Shown: positions 1 through 13,256, numbered from the stretch's first letter. The stretch is DNA of 64,000 bases from Gonapodya sp. JEL0774 (GCA_027604505.1 JADIIX010000068.1:1-64000); one strand, 5' to 3'. Program-made: numbers and translations. Notes: generated from the sequence alone by a model not told the origin.

Positions 1-2261
1 GGGGGGGGTCGGCGGTTGCATGGAGTGTCAGTGACGTGACGTTTAACTTGCAATAGACCCCGAGAGTCCTGGAGCTGTGGAGAACTACATAACTCACGAT
101 GTACCGCTCGAACATGACACCACCCCAGTGGATAGGTTTCTTGGGACCGGGAACATTGGTGATGACACCGTGGAGTGGGTTAAGCTGGGACATGTCACTT
201 TTAAAAAATGATAATGCGAGCGTAGCAGATACGCTGATTCAACAAGTCCCATGGGGTGTACTGAAGTGGTCAACATATTCTCACACTGTGGGCCAGATCC
301 ACGGAAACAGCAGAGCCCATTGACCAATGTGGTATCCGATGTAGGGTTCGTCGGACTTCTTGTAGATGCGGAATCGTTGCGCCACGGTATCAAGGCGTTG
401 AAAGGGGTCCTCCGTTGTGGCTGGGACTGTCAAACAAAACTCAGATTCAGAATGATCGAAAGATATGGGCGGGTCAAGCAAAACACACTGGGAACCATCC
501 ACGAGGAAACCTCGTTGGACATGCTATTGTCGTTTTCCTTTCGCACAGACGCTGCGGAGATGAGCAAGGAAACATATTTCAATCGTTGCAAAGCCAGAGA
601 ACCGCAGTCATAGAACCACAGTGAACCAACTGTCACATACTCGGAATCATGTACACCAGCTCCCTATCACGAAGCGCTTTCTTCTCTTGAAGGTACTTTT
701 GTATAGCACCGGAAGTGGCTGTGACGAGAAGGTCGTTAATAGTGCATTTGTAGACTATGTTGGGTGCTCGTAAGTACATCCCATCGGCATTCACTGAGAC
801 GGAGAAAAACTCACCATCCTTTGATCTCCTGATATCAGCCATGAGAATTTTCCTCGAGTAAGCGATCTAGTATTCCCAGCAGTAGATCAAACTTTCACCA
901 CACGCAACACCTGCCAATTTGGACTCACTTGCTTTCTTGTGAAAACATCCGGCTCCAACATGCTCTTCTTCCTCAGTACCGTTGAAAGCAAGAACATGTT
1001 GATTCCCCAAAGAGCGATGCCCAACAAGGAAATATAAAGGGTTTCCATGATCTTGAAACCCCATTGAAAGACGGAGCTGGTGCAATTTAGTGCGGCTTTC
1101 TTGGCTTCGCGGCCGGTGGAGCTGCGTAAAGGACAAGGGAGTTAGAGGTCAAATCTCTTCCTTATGCCAAAGACACTCAACTATTGGAACTTGGATATGT
1201 CCAGTGGTTCTTTGAGGGGTTGGCCGGTGATCGGGTCGAGTGCTGAAAACACGGCAATTTCGCACATACAGGAAACTTATAAAACGAATTAGTTAGTTAC
1301 CACATACATGCGCAGTACTGCAAATGAAGTTGTCGGCTGTGCGTGTAAAAGTGTGATTTTGCCACAGAGCACAGAAACAAGCTCACGGATATCAACGTGC
1401 GAACGAATCCTTGTCCGTCAGCAAGGCAATGCTGTTTTACACGGATGCTGAAAGTTTTTTGTTGTAGTCGCATGTTTCCCAGGAACCTACGTGTGCTAGC
1501 CACAACAAAACAGTCCGGTGTTGATCCCCTGGTAGATTGAGGTAATGCACGCGCCTGGGTGAGCGATCAGAAGCCACTCAGCACCCACGATAGTAGAACT
1601 TCTTTTGTTTCAAACGTACCATGGCGGTACTTCCCAATCAAGAGGGATGGTGATGAGCTTCGCACACACCTCTTGAATTTCCTCATCAGTGCCTGGTGAA
1701 GGCTTACAGTGTCCACAAAATGGAGACCAATTGAGTCCCAACCGCAATTTCTCCTTGAGTATAGACACTTGAGAACCCCACCACATCGGTCACGAAAAAA
1801 TGCCTGTTGACATCAAACCAGTCCAGCTTGGCGAAATAGGGTCTCCCGAAGGCCCATTCATTTCTCTCCACTCTTATCCTCATTCTTGGGTGCGCACTCA
1901 AAGCATAGTCTCTGACCTGGAGAATCGGGCGCAACAGTGACAACGAGCATAATCAGATCTCATACCCCTTTGGGAACATGACAGGGCCTCAGACCTGGCT
2001 CTTGACGAGAGCCGGATCCATTTTCTTATCAAATATGTAGATTCCTGCAGTCGTGAGTACATGATTCTCCGTTTCACCGACGAGAAACGAATTATCTATT
2101 CCTGTAAGGCTACGCGGAAGCATCGGTGAGAGAAATAAGGCTGGAAGAGCTCAGAGGTTGTTATGAACTTACTATGAGGGAGCTTCTTCGTTGGTTGGAT
2201 CCAACTTTATCCCGTCGAAAGAGGCGGATATGGCGTCGAGGATGAGAAATCGAGGTGCCAT
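1..2261 (-). CDS. WS/DGAT family O-acyltransferase (wax ester synthase/diacylglycerol acyltransferase), multi-exon, 3' end runs off the window
   Basis: Manual splicing from ATG 2261 gives MAPRFL...SYLTGIDNSFLVGE, then PPW-RVHY...LWLAH|HCLADGQG (HHxxxDG catalytic motif split by an intron), CTINDLLVTATSGAIQKYL and ITNVPGP. All are hallmark WS/DGAT motifs. Confidence 0.85.
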
Positions 2262-2544
2262 GTCCAAATCACTGCACGTATTGCGATCTGAAGGTTTTCC
2301 GTGAATTCAATGCCTTGAGAGGCTCGGTGCGTTCTTTCGGGGTGATCAGGCTTTTGTTGCCCGGCAAAAAAAGGAATGACGTAATCGCAAGAAATGAAAG
2401 GGAACATGCCCATGTAAAGAGGTTCAAAGATTCTAAGATACGAGATACGTTCACGATTAAATAATGTTACAATAATCTACGAGCGGAAAAATCGCTGCAA
2501 GCATTCCATGTTGCAACTGCCATTTCCACCCTTCCCACTCCCCG

Positions 2545-4112
2545 CTATTGGAGCTGCACCCCATTCCCCGAATACACTCCCTCCACTCTATCCACTTCCT
2601 TCTCCTGCTCAGTCCTTCTTTTAGCCCTCTCGGACGCATGTCTCGACACCAGCCTCCACACATCCACAATCTTCAGACCGGCAGTGGCGAGGACGAAACC
2701 GACCGTGGAAGTTCGGTCTTCCGAGAGGCCACAGAGAGAATTGACTTCAAGGACTTGAGGGAGGCACGGGGGGGAGAGGCGAATATCTGAGTTTGATGAA
2801 GGGCAAGATATACGTGCGCAATGAATGTAAGGAGACACGATGCAAAAAGGAGTTGAGCACTCACCGACACGTCCATAACTATTACCGCCGACGGCTTTGT
2901 ACGCTTTGCGCGCAACATCCTCGAGCACCGATGCCAGATGAGGGTCGGCCTCCTTCCCCTTGAACCTCAGATTATTCCACACATCCCTGCTCATAAACCT
3001 TTCGAGCTCGCCAAACTGCTCCGGAAACATTCGCTCCATTACAGGGAACACCACTGGTTCCCCAGTGAGCGGATCGTCCACAACAAGGGCAGTGTACTCC
3101 TGACCCTTGATAAACGGTTCAACAATCACACGACCGTATTTCACCTGCATGTCCCGCACGGCTGCTACGGCCTCCTCGTCTGTGCGACACACAGTGGTAC
3201 CGATCGAGTTGTAAGCGCCGTCGGGCTTGACGATAAGCGGTCGAGCAGGTATGTGCTGCCACAGATGTGGGCCGACAGAAGAAGCAGGAAGTTCGGCTGG
3301 AATAGACGCGTATGCGGCTGTGGGGACGTGGTGAGTGTGGAAGAGGCCTTTCATTAAGGTTTTGGAGCACGAAGTGGCGTTGAAGTGAGAGGAAGCTCCC
3401 GTGAAGGGAAGATTTAGGGACTCTGGGTGTTGAGAGAGTTGTGTGGAGTGTGAACGGAGAGCAAAGGAGTAAGTCTCCGAGTCACGTAGCATCTGAGAAG
3501 ACTGTGCAGCTAATATTTCCTTCGTTGCGACTTAATGTTCACAGTGGCTCAATTTCATTCAGGAAACGTTGTCGTAGTCGCCGGTGGAAGGCGAAGAGAT
3601 TCGCCATCGCCACCTCGCAAGGGTCCCCCTGACTCACCAAGGAGCTTGATGACGCTATTGCCGGGCCTTCCGTCCGTGGTTTCATATCCGTCACAGAGGT
3701 TCACGACAAGTGTCCCCTCTTTTCGTTTGTTGTGAATTTGTTGCACGGTATCTCTGTAATTCGCCAGAGTCACCCGGTGCCATTCAACAGAGGAAGCGCC
3801 AAGCTTTGTAAACGAGTCCGTAAACTCCCTGAGTTCTCCAGCCCACTCGTCGTTATCAATGATAAATTGATTTCCGGCAGCACCAGATAGAGTGGCCATT
3901 GGCAGAAGGATGTGCACATCTGAGAGCGGCGGAGCATCAGGTTTGGGTATCTTGGAGGAAACAGGCGCCGGCATGGCTGAGGGAAGAGGTGGCAAGTCTG
4001 CGAGAATATGATCCTTGAAAGAGTTATGTTCCGATCCGTGGAGTGTCGCGGCAGAGGACGGCGACGGGTTCGGATTGAGGACCAGGGCAAGAGCAGTTGG
4101 TTCGGATTGCAT
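2545..4112 (-). CDS. D-Ala-D-Ala ligase-like ATP-grasp protein (2 introns)
   Basis: Motifs LVVNLCDG, LPFTGASS, SKTLMK, PLIVKP..NSIG, VEPFIKGQEYT, AYKAVGGNSYGRV|DIR and LEVNSLCG match the Ddl/ATP-grasp fold. GT-AG introns lie near 3635-3422 and 2861-2788. Confidence 0.8.
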
Positions 4113-4768
4113 TGATTCAGTAAACGATTCAGCAATGGAGTTCAATGAAGGAGTAAAAGCTCGAAATTGTTTGCAGCTGCTTCGATTGCGAAAAGTGAAC
4201 GTGGGAATCAACCAGCGAAGCAAAACAGAAGGATCAAAGCAAATCAGTCCAGGAACTGTGCTTCGCAAAAAGCGAAACCCAACAAACGCAACCAGCAAAC
4301 ATTCAGAACGACGAAATAGGTTCAAACAACCTCCAAAATATGCTTCCTCGTGCTTCAGAATGAATTTGAGAAGAACGTATGGCATGAGAGTCAACCTTCC
4401 ACCTTCGGTCTCTGTCTCCCAGTTTCCAGTAGTCATTGCCATTTGTGAGGAGTAAATAATAGTGGAAAGAGTCACGACATATGTGATTATTATTTGTCGA
4501 AGGTTGGTGGTCTTGGTGGGGGCACGGCTTTGTAGTTATCGAGGAAGTCTTCGCCTTCCCACATTTTCAAGTTCCCCGTGCCTTCCCGGCTTTTCTTGAG
4601 TTCGATCGTGTTCGAAAAGATAAGAGCGAAATACGTTTAGTGCACGTGAGCGTGGACTACTAGGTGAGTTGATTCTGCGGATTGCAAAATTGTCCTGATG
4701 CTGGAAGAAGTTCATCTGTTGGAGCCAATCGCTCTTTCCTCGGCTTGCCTCTTCATAGCACCGCAATA

Positions 4769-6762
4769 ATGGCCGCGAACGAAGTTTGGATGGTTGATTA
4801 TGGTGCGGGAAATGTGCGCTCCCTCATAAACGCAGTGTCAAAACTTGGATGGACTGTTCGAGTCGTTGCATCGGCTGACGATATCAGGAACGCCCAGGTG
4901 AGTTCAAAAGGAGAGCGGAAGCAATACCATGAAAAGGGCCCAAGATTTATCAAGGGTAATATCGTGACCGGAAGACAACAACACGACTGATTCTGAAGTA
5001 TGGACGAAGCTGCAAAATCTTGGTTCAACTGGCTCAATGGCAGTTGCTTCTGCTCTTGGAGAATCTCTGTGTTGTCATCGATTGCAAGGGTAACTGCTTG
5101 GTGTTTTCACCGTCCTAAATGTCTAACTCCCCCTGCCACCAGAGACTTCTCTTCCCCGGCGTCGGCGCATTTGGACACGCGATGGCTGCCATCAATTCTC
5201 GAGGTTACGCACAGCCCATCAAAGACTACATCGCCACCGGCCGACCATTCATGGGTATTTGCATCGGACTCCAGTCCCTCTGTGAAGGATCCGAGGAAGC
5301 TCCGGGTGTGCCGGGCCTGGGAGTTATACCCGCCACGGTGAAAAAGTTCGACAACTTGGACAAGGCGGTTCCTCAAATTGGATGGAACTGTGCGGATGTT
5401 GTTTTGGCAGGCGAAAAGTCTTCCACCACACCAGTTGAACGCGCACAGCTCATCAACCACGCTGGCGCCAACGACACTTTCTATTATTTTGTCCACTCGT
5501 ATGCTGTACCACTCACTGCGGCGACCAAGGACTGGGCGCTCGCTACCACGACTTATGGCAACGAGACGTTCGTGTCGGCCGTGCGCAAGGGGAACGTGTT
5601 TGCGACGCAGTTCCATCCCGAGAAATCCGGGTTTGCGGGTCTTAGGGTCATCAAATCGTTCCTTACGTGTGATATTGTAGACCCTACGCCCTCGTTGCCC
5701 ATAACCCCCGCTGCCAACGGTCACGCTTCCAACAGTTCCCACGCCACCCCTTCCCTTGCTTCCAAATCTGTCTCGAGTGACCATCTCACCAAACGTGTCA
5801 TTGCCTGTCTGGACGTTCGTGCCAACGACTCTGGCGATCTGGTCGTAACCAAGGGCGACCAATACGATGTGCGGGAGAAACCCACCGCTGATGGAGGAAA
5901 GGGTGACGTCCGCAATTTAGGAAAACCCGTGGACCTTGCTCGGCGGTACTTTGAAGAAGGAGCCGACGAAGTAACGTTCCTCAACATCACCTCGTTCCGC
6001 AACGTGCCCCTCTCAGACCTCCCCATGCTCGAAGTTCTCCGCCGCACATCCGAGTCCGTCTTTGTTCCCCTGACTATTGGCGGTGGTATTCGAGATGTGA
6101 CAGATCCCTCCGGCGCGGTTCACTCGGCGCTCGACGTGGCAGGCGAATACTTCCGCTCTGGAGCGGACAAGGTTTCGATCGGATCGGACGCTGTCTTTGC
6201 CACGGAGGCGCTCTTGGCCCGAGGCGGGAAGCTCGATGGATCAACGTCGATAGAGCAGATCGCATGGGCGTATGGATCCCAAGCCGTGGTCATATCAGTG
6301 GATCCGAGGAGAGTCTACGTTGCTTCCAAGGAAGCGGCTGGAGACCACGCGGTGGTGGAGACTGTGTACCCCGGGCCGAATGGTGAACGATACTGCTGGT
6401 ACCAATGTACCGTTAAAGGGGGACGGGAGGGCAGGGACGTGGACGTTGTTCAACTGTCATCGTGTTGCGAAAAGATGGGTGCCGGGGAGATATTGCTCAA
6501 CTGTATGGACAAGGATGGTACAAATTCCGGGTACGATTTAGAACTTATTAAGCAGGTCAAGGCTGCTGTTCGGATACCCGTGATTGCGAGTTCTGGTGCA
6601 GGCAAACCCGAACACTTCGCAGAGGTGTTTGAGCAAACGAGCGTGGAGGCAGCGTTGGCGGCGGGTATTTTCCACAGAAAAGAGGTGCCAATTGCAGATG
6701 TGAAGCGATGCTTAAAGGAAAGGGGATTGAGCGTTAGGCCCGTGGACAGTACGATCTTGTAG
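4769..6762 (+). CDS. HIS7: Bifunctional imidazole glycerol phosphate synthase HisHF
   Basis: Exon 1 has [10 protein letters not shown], followed by an intron at ~4898-5143. Exon 2 has the glutaminase motifs [15 protein letters not shown] and QFHPEKSG fused to the cyclase motifs [22 protein letters not shown] and IASSGAG. Confidence 0.97.
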
Positions 6763-6918
6763 AGTTGGACATTGGGTGAAATGGAACTCTCCCGCACCGG
6801 GCGCTCTCCGTTTCTTTCATTGTAATGTATTGCTACGCTTTCACTTCAAGCCAGTAGAATAGAAAAATATACCCACAGCATTGGCGTATCACATGTTCAA
6901 ATGACCAAAACCCAACCA

Positions 6919-9900
6919 TTACCACCCAACCCACTTTCTGAAACCCTCCACCACCATATACTTTGTCATATCGGCGCCCTCTGCCACCTCACTCCACTCA
7001 TCAGTCTCCTTCTTCTTCTCAAGGAAGGTCGCTGTTTCGAACCCACACCGCTCCAACCGGAACGACCGAGCAGCGGCAGGATTGCTGGGGTAAGACGCGC
7101 GGGGCTGGTAGCCCGCAGGGGGACGAAACACGGTGTAGAGGGTCGATTCCCAGACCGAAGGTTGGATGCTAGAGAACAACCTTGGGTTACTAAAACTTCT
7201 GTAAAATCAACGCGGAGTTTACTTGCCTTCCTGATACTACCTCCACCATTCTTGCTCCGCCGTCCCACCTCCCAAGCTTAGCCTCTACAACGATCCCGTC
7301 TAATCCCACCTCGCCTACCTGTGGTTCGTCCTCCGGTTTCCTTCTCGCGAGGCAGGCGCCGATAACTCGCCGAACAACACTCTCAGGTACGCCTGCAGCA
7401 CCATCGCGCACGAGTCGAGCTGCTTCACAAACACGATGGAGATGTACTAGGTTTGCTAGCAAGTTGATCTGGGGAAGACCAGGGTCGAGGTAGGGATCCT
7501 TGAGGGGAAAGAGCGTCGCTACTGCTATGTGAATGCTACAGTGCTCACGTGGGACCCACCACTCTTCCTCTCTCGAGACCCCACGACACGACTAAAGAAG
7601 CTAGGGCCCTTCCAATCCTATATTTACCGCACTCCACCATAACCGAGAACGGTCGTTCGACCGCCTCATCAAATCCTGCCTCGGCACGCTTGCGCAGAGT
7701 TGCCAAGGATGCCGCTGGGGCAGTAGCCAGGGCTGAGAGGCGGAGAACGTCACGGACGGCGCGTGCTAGAGGGGTTGGATTCGATTTAGAGACCTACAGG
7801 GGAAGTTGGGGTGTCACTAGCATGTACACGGGAGGTGGCCAAGCGGGTACGCACGGCGGGCCTGCACCTTCCTCTTTCCACCTCCTCGGCAACCCCCGTT
7901 ATAGCATCACGTAAATCATCAACATCGCGAGCGGTGAATGCGAGGAAACGCCAGAGGCGATCCGTGAAATCGAGATCCGCCTCTTTCGGAGGAGGGGGTG
8001 CTAGAATACAAAGAACATGATTTCATTAGTGGCGGTGACAAAGGGGTTGCAAATGTAACGTGATGAACGATGATTCTCCATCCGTGGTACCGGTACTCAC
8101 TTCCCAACCAATCATCCACCACCTCTCCTGCACCAACTTGCACACCCCACCCACTCCATTCTACTGGTCTCGTCCATTCCACTTCGGGTTGATCCTTGTC
8201 GCCCGGTTCCCCGCCATCGGTCCTCCATGCTTCAAATCGGTCCTCTGCCACCGCAACTGCACTCCAGGCATGAAGGACCTCAATTTCTCGCCAGAGATCA
8301 GTAAGTTGAGAGTCTTGGTGGGTGTGCGGGTCATAGGGGGTGGGAACATGATGGACGGTCTGCGGGCGACGTTCGTGCGAAAGTCATTTCGAAATATATG
8401 GCAACAGTGCGTCGGCGAGAGCAAAGCTCACCAAGAGAGCTTCACCAGCACCATCGGGAACGCTAAGTGAACCAGCGTTTGATGTCAACCACGATGCTTC
8501 CACCTCCTTCCAGCGGGCAGACAAAGTCACCGAGCTCGTTGTCCTGGCCGTCTCTGCCCCATGGAATCGCTCATCTTCACGCTCTTCGCTTCGTGCATCC
8601 CCTTCTATGTCGTCCTGTGACAGTGCAGTTGCGGTGACCAGTTCCCAAGTGGCAGACAATGCGATGGTGTGTCGGCCATTAGGTGGAGGGTGGAGGAGCC
8701 AAGATGGGAGTTGAAAGGATGGAGCTGAGGATTCATCCTCAGAATTTGAGCCGGCCAAAGGAGTTGAGGGGAGAAGGATGGTGGCTGGGAAGGAACAGTG
8801 GGTTGAGCATTCACGAGTCCCATCCCTCGAAAGCTCTGACTGCAACTCACCACCTTCACGCAGCTCCCAAACTTCCTCTGCACCCGCATCCCTCTCATCC
8901 TCTGAATTTCCCGAGCCGATGGTGAATCCAAGGTACATTCCCCAAGGACCCTCGCCACAGCCCTCACTCAGAGGAAACGCCGATTCGCAGTAGGCAATGA
9001 GCAAAATGGAAGGACCTGCCACGCTGCTGCTATTTTTAATTGGTGAGCTGTTTTGACGGCGCACCGTTGCGCTGCTGGCGTTATCTTTGACAGATGAGGA
9101 TGTTGCTGCTTCCATAGCAGCGGCTGCACCAACCGTTTCGACGAGTGAGGCCAGATCCCGAGGGCGAATTCGTATGGACAGAGACAGGATGCGGCGGGCA
9201 AGCGCCGACGTGAGCGGGGAAGGATATACTGCCGCTTCTGATGGACTCGGGTGTACTGGTGGCAGTTCTGCATTGCTGCCGCCCTCCTCGGCCGCTCCAC
9301 CAAAACCACTAGGCACGAGAGCCAAAGGATCGCGTCGAGGAGGAAGAAAGACCACACGTTCGTCGCCCACCGTTGTGGCGGAAGAAGATGGAGCGGCCCA
9401 TCCTATTGTCGCAGGAGCGTTCACAAGGGGGACACGGGTGAGAGATACAGGACTCGCATGGGGTGCCGCAACCAGAACAACCATTTCTGGGCGAGGGCGG
9501 CATGGTGGAAGAAACAAGGATGCGAGGGTAGCGAACGGGGGTAATGAAAGCTGGCCATGTGAGGGTACAAGCAAGAAAGAAGCGGAAGGAGAGGGCGATG
9601 TGCCAGTAGGAAGCACAAAAGGAAACAGTTGAAGAGAAGTCTGATTGTAGCCCAAAAGAGTGAGAGTCGAAAAAATTGCAGAATCGTGGAAAATATGTAG
9701 TGATGGCTCACCAGCGATTCGTGTTCGTCGTGGTCACCACGCGCCCTGATTGCATTCTCGCAGAGAGAATTAAGCGCTTCCACCAAGATGCGTGCGGATC
9801 CGTCCTCCGACGCCGTTTTCAGTTCCGTAGGCTTTCGCCGTTCTTGGGCGGCATTCTCATTCTTACCCAGAGATTTAGCCGGCGTTTCTGATCCCCTCTG

Positions 9901-9966
9901 ATTTCCGATGTTAGTGGAGATTACCCGCAGAGGTTTCGGCTGCTTGTTCGTCCCTGGTGTCAGCAT
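6919..9966 (-). CDS. ZWILCH: Probable Zwilch homolog (RZZ kinetochore complex subunit), multi-exon
   Basis: Spliced segments are colinear with recalled animal Zwilch: LTDLWREIEVL, ADLDFTDRLWRFL..DVDDLRDAI..VERGRCRPA|VSKSNPTPLARAV, PFSVMVECGKYRI, PYLDPGLP..LVHLHRVCE and FSSIQPSVW. The start codon is uncertain. Confidence 0.68.
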
Positions 9967-10764
9967 TCTCGGTGGTCTTCACCTTGTGTGATTCCCGGAA
10001 GCTGAACCAGGCACCAGAGGGGTTTCGCCGATGCCACACATCTTCGCACACTTCCATCATGGCTTGCTGCCAAGGAGTCTAATGTTCTCATGTGCTCGTA
10101 TGTGGAGTGATTCTGACGAGACCAGGTGGTTACGCTTTCACGAGACATGAACGCTCCCGAGGGGATTAAAGATAGACATCAAACAGAAGCGTAAACACTG
10201 GAAGAGATACTGGATGACACTGAAAAAGACGATGACAAGAATTTGTCTGTAACGACTCCGGCTCCCTCCCATCACGTCAGCGGACAGCTTTGGAGTTCAT
10301 TCCCAGTATGGGTATCAACTACAACACGGCCTGCAACTACGGCAATACTCGGCCGCACCTCCTGGAAACATCACACAGAATGGGGGAAAATCAATAACCT
10401 GAGTGAACTGTGCCGAGATCGCTTCCTGGGACCTCCATTGACCCCTTCAGTCCATGGAGTCACGTCCGGAGAGACGTGAAATATTGCACACCGTATGCTC
10501 CGTGAGTATACCGCTCATGTATTTTGATCGCGCTTGTCCGATGTGACGCCCGGGATGGAACGCAGATAAAGGAAATCTCTTACGTAAGTTCAATGGTATT
10601 GAGATACAGTCAAGCAAGGAAACTATACGCATGCATGTAATACAGGACACGTATAGTCGAATGCAATAGCACCGCCCGGAAATGAAAGCGTGAGCAACCT
10701 GCAACCAAGTCCCTGAAAGAAGCAACCGCTCTCATACATTGGATGCAAATTCATTCAAATGCCA

Positions 10765-11590
10765 CTAAATGCGCTTTGCCACCCATATAGCTGTTCTGCA
10801 GCCTTGTTGAATGACAGCGGACAAAGCACTATATAATGGCGCCTGGAACACAAATTGGGAATACATTAACATCGCGGTGAAAAGGTCTTCCAGATTTGCA
10901 TTCGCCCACCTTCTGTGAATCATTCTCCAAAGCTAAATCACGGTGTTCTAGCTCCTCATCCCGAAATCGGCGCAGTTTTTCCAGCAGTTCTTTTGTGTGT
11001 GGATGGTTACCCTCCAACAGTTCCCGTATTTGATCATTGTAGTGCTCTCCGATAACCGTCTCTACGGCTTCCGTGCAAGCCATCGCTGCCTCCTTTCCCA
11101 TAGCTGCCGTCACCGCACCGAGAGCGAAGCCAGCGGCCTCCCATAGGGGACGAAGAGCAGAAGGCCGGGTGCGATATTCCCCCAGGAGTTTCTCGAACTC
11201 AGCTAGATGGACTACTTCCTGTTGGAGCATGTGATCAAGCATAGGACGAACGGCTTTGTCTCGCCCAAGCACGGCTATTTGACCTGAGGAGGGGTTTGTA
11301 GTCACAGATGATGCTAGAGTGAGTCGACTTCGTGATTACACACCCTGGTATATCACATTCGCCCCAACTTCCCCGGCGTGGTCGACGCGCAAAATGCTGT
11401 CAATAAAATGCTTTCTTCGTGTGAGCTCCTCTGGGTCGAGTGGTCTTTGTGCCGATTCGTAGTCGTCTCTTGCAGATTGATGTCGTCGGGGTACCAAGAC
11501 AGAAAAGGAGTGGGCAGGCGTCAATCGAAAAAGTATCTCTGTTGGTAGCGAGACGCATTGACGGCACGATGGGTTTGCGAGACGATGCAT
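10765..11590 (-). CDS. COQ7: 5-demethoxyubiquinone hydroxylase (3 exons)
   Basis: Motifs ILRVDHAGEVGANVIYQG|Q, QEVVHL, AMACTEAVETVIGEHYNDQ, FRDEELEH and C-terminal GCRTAIWVAKRI*. Confidence 0.95.
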
Positions 11591-11742
11591 CGATGTGAGT
11601 TGCTGGGGACGATGTGGGATCTTGAAATGAGAAGACACGAAACTGGTAATTTCTTCACTTTCTATCCAGATTTGTATCTTTTCCCGATATACTCCAAGAC
11701 CACATCACAAATTCCTTCATTCCAATCGTTTACTCTTTTTGA

Positions 11743-12880
11743 ATGGTCGCCACCTCCGAACCAACTCGTCATTTCGAGCTCGAGGCTCGTCTTTTGGACG
11801 ATCAGCGAACTCCACTTGCCGACCGTTTTCGAGCTTTGTTCGAGCTGAGACACCTAGGCGATGATGCGGCAGTGGAAGTGATCGCTAAAGGTGAGTTTTT
11901 TTGTGTCGCTGGGAAGCGAGCAGCGAACGATAAAGCTGGTTTGGTGGTATATCAAAAGGGTTCACGGATTCATCTGCGCTCCTGAAACATGAGCTGGCTT
12001 ATGTCCTCGGCCAGATGCGGCGGAAATCAGCGATCCCACATCTAACGCTGGTGCTCGAGAACAGGGAGGAGGCTCCGATGGTTCGACATGAAGTGAGTCA
12101 TTGGAGAACTTGCAGTCACTTCGAAGCTTAACGCCATCTAATCACTTAAGGCGGCAGAAGCACTTGGTGCAATTGGAGACTTGCAGTCTCTTCCTGTTCT
12201 CCAACGTTTCCTGAACGACCCGGAGAAGGTTGTTTCCGAAACATGTGAGCTAGCGGTTGCGAATATCCAACACGAGGCGGCCAAGACATCTGAGCAACCA
12301 CGATACGGCTCGTAAGTACATCTTGATTCTATGACTATTTTGATGGCACAGTTGTGACGCGTTTGTGTAAATGGTCAAGGGTTTATATGTCCATCGACCC
12401 CGCACCTGCCCTCGCTGAAGAATTGTCCGTTCCTGAGCTGCGCTCCAAATACCTTGACACATCACTTCCCCTTTTTGAGCGATACCGTGCCATGTTCTCA
12501 CTTCGAAATAAGGGAGACGAAGAATCTGTCGCGGCACTAGGAGCTGGTTTCGAAGACACGAGCGCGCTCTTCAGGCACGAGATTGCTTATGTGTTTGGAC
12601 AGATGCAACATCCCGCAAGCGTTCCTTACCTGTTGAAGGTGCGATACTCTGTTCGTACTGGGTCTGTGCCGAGTTAACGCATTGGCTGCAGGTTCTTACC
12701 AACCCCACCGAAGAGCCCATCGTGCGACACGAGGCGGCTGAGGCACTGGGCTCGATTGGCATAGAGGAATGCTTGCCAATTCTCAGGGAGTATCGCGAGA
12801 GCCAAAAGGTTGACCGTGTGGTTCGGGAATCGTGCGTAGTAGGAGTTGATATGTGGGAATGGGAGAATAATGTACATTAA
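11743..12880 (+). CDS. LIA1: Deoxyhypusine hydroxylase (HEAT-repeat, multi-exon)
   Basis: [68 protein letters not shown] and [10 protein letters not shown] give the four HE motifs. Confidence 0.95.
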
Positions 12881-13256
12881 AAGCATCGTATTTCAGTCTC
12901 ATCCATTTACTTCCAAAAATATAATAGAATTGTACAGCGATGTTCCTGCGTAGTTCATTACGTGACAGCCAGCTTTCCTCTCCCCTCTGTCCCACATCTA
13001 TTGGTGTCTTGCAACCCCTTTCATGCTTATTCCATCTCAACCTGCCTCTTCATCCACCCACTTTCGCAGTCAACGTATCACCTTATGTTCCACCCTAGAT
13101 TCAATTGCATTTTGTGTGAACCAGTCATTTTTGCTTTTTGTGTTGCACGGTGTTCAAACTGGATAAGGGCATTTAGTTTGATTTTTAATCCGTAAAGATG
13201 TACATGTTTTTCCCACTCTTTCATACTCTCTTTCAAGACTTCTTATCCTTTGTTGA

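Noticed and set aside
99..624. + strand ORFs at the window start
   Set aside because: They are antisense to WS/DGAT exons, which carry the conserved motifs.
5107..5862. 251-aa - strand ORF
   Set aside because: It is an antisense shadow of HIS7.
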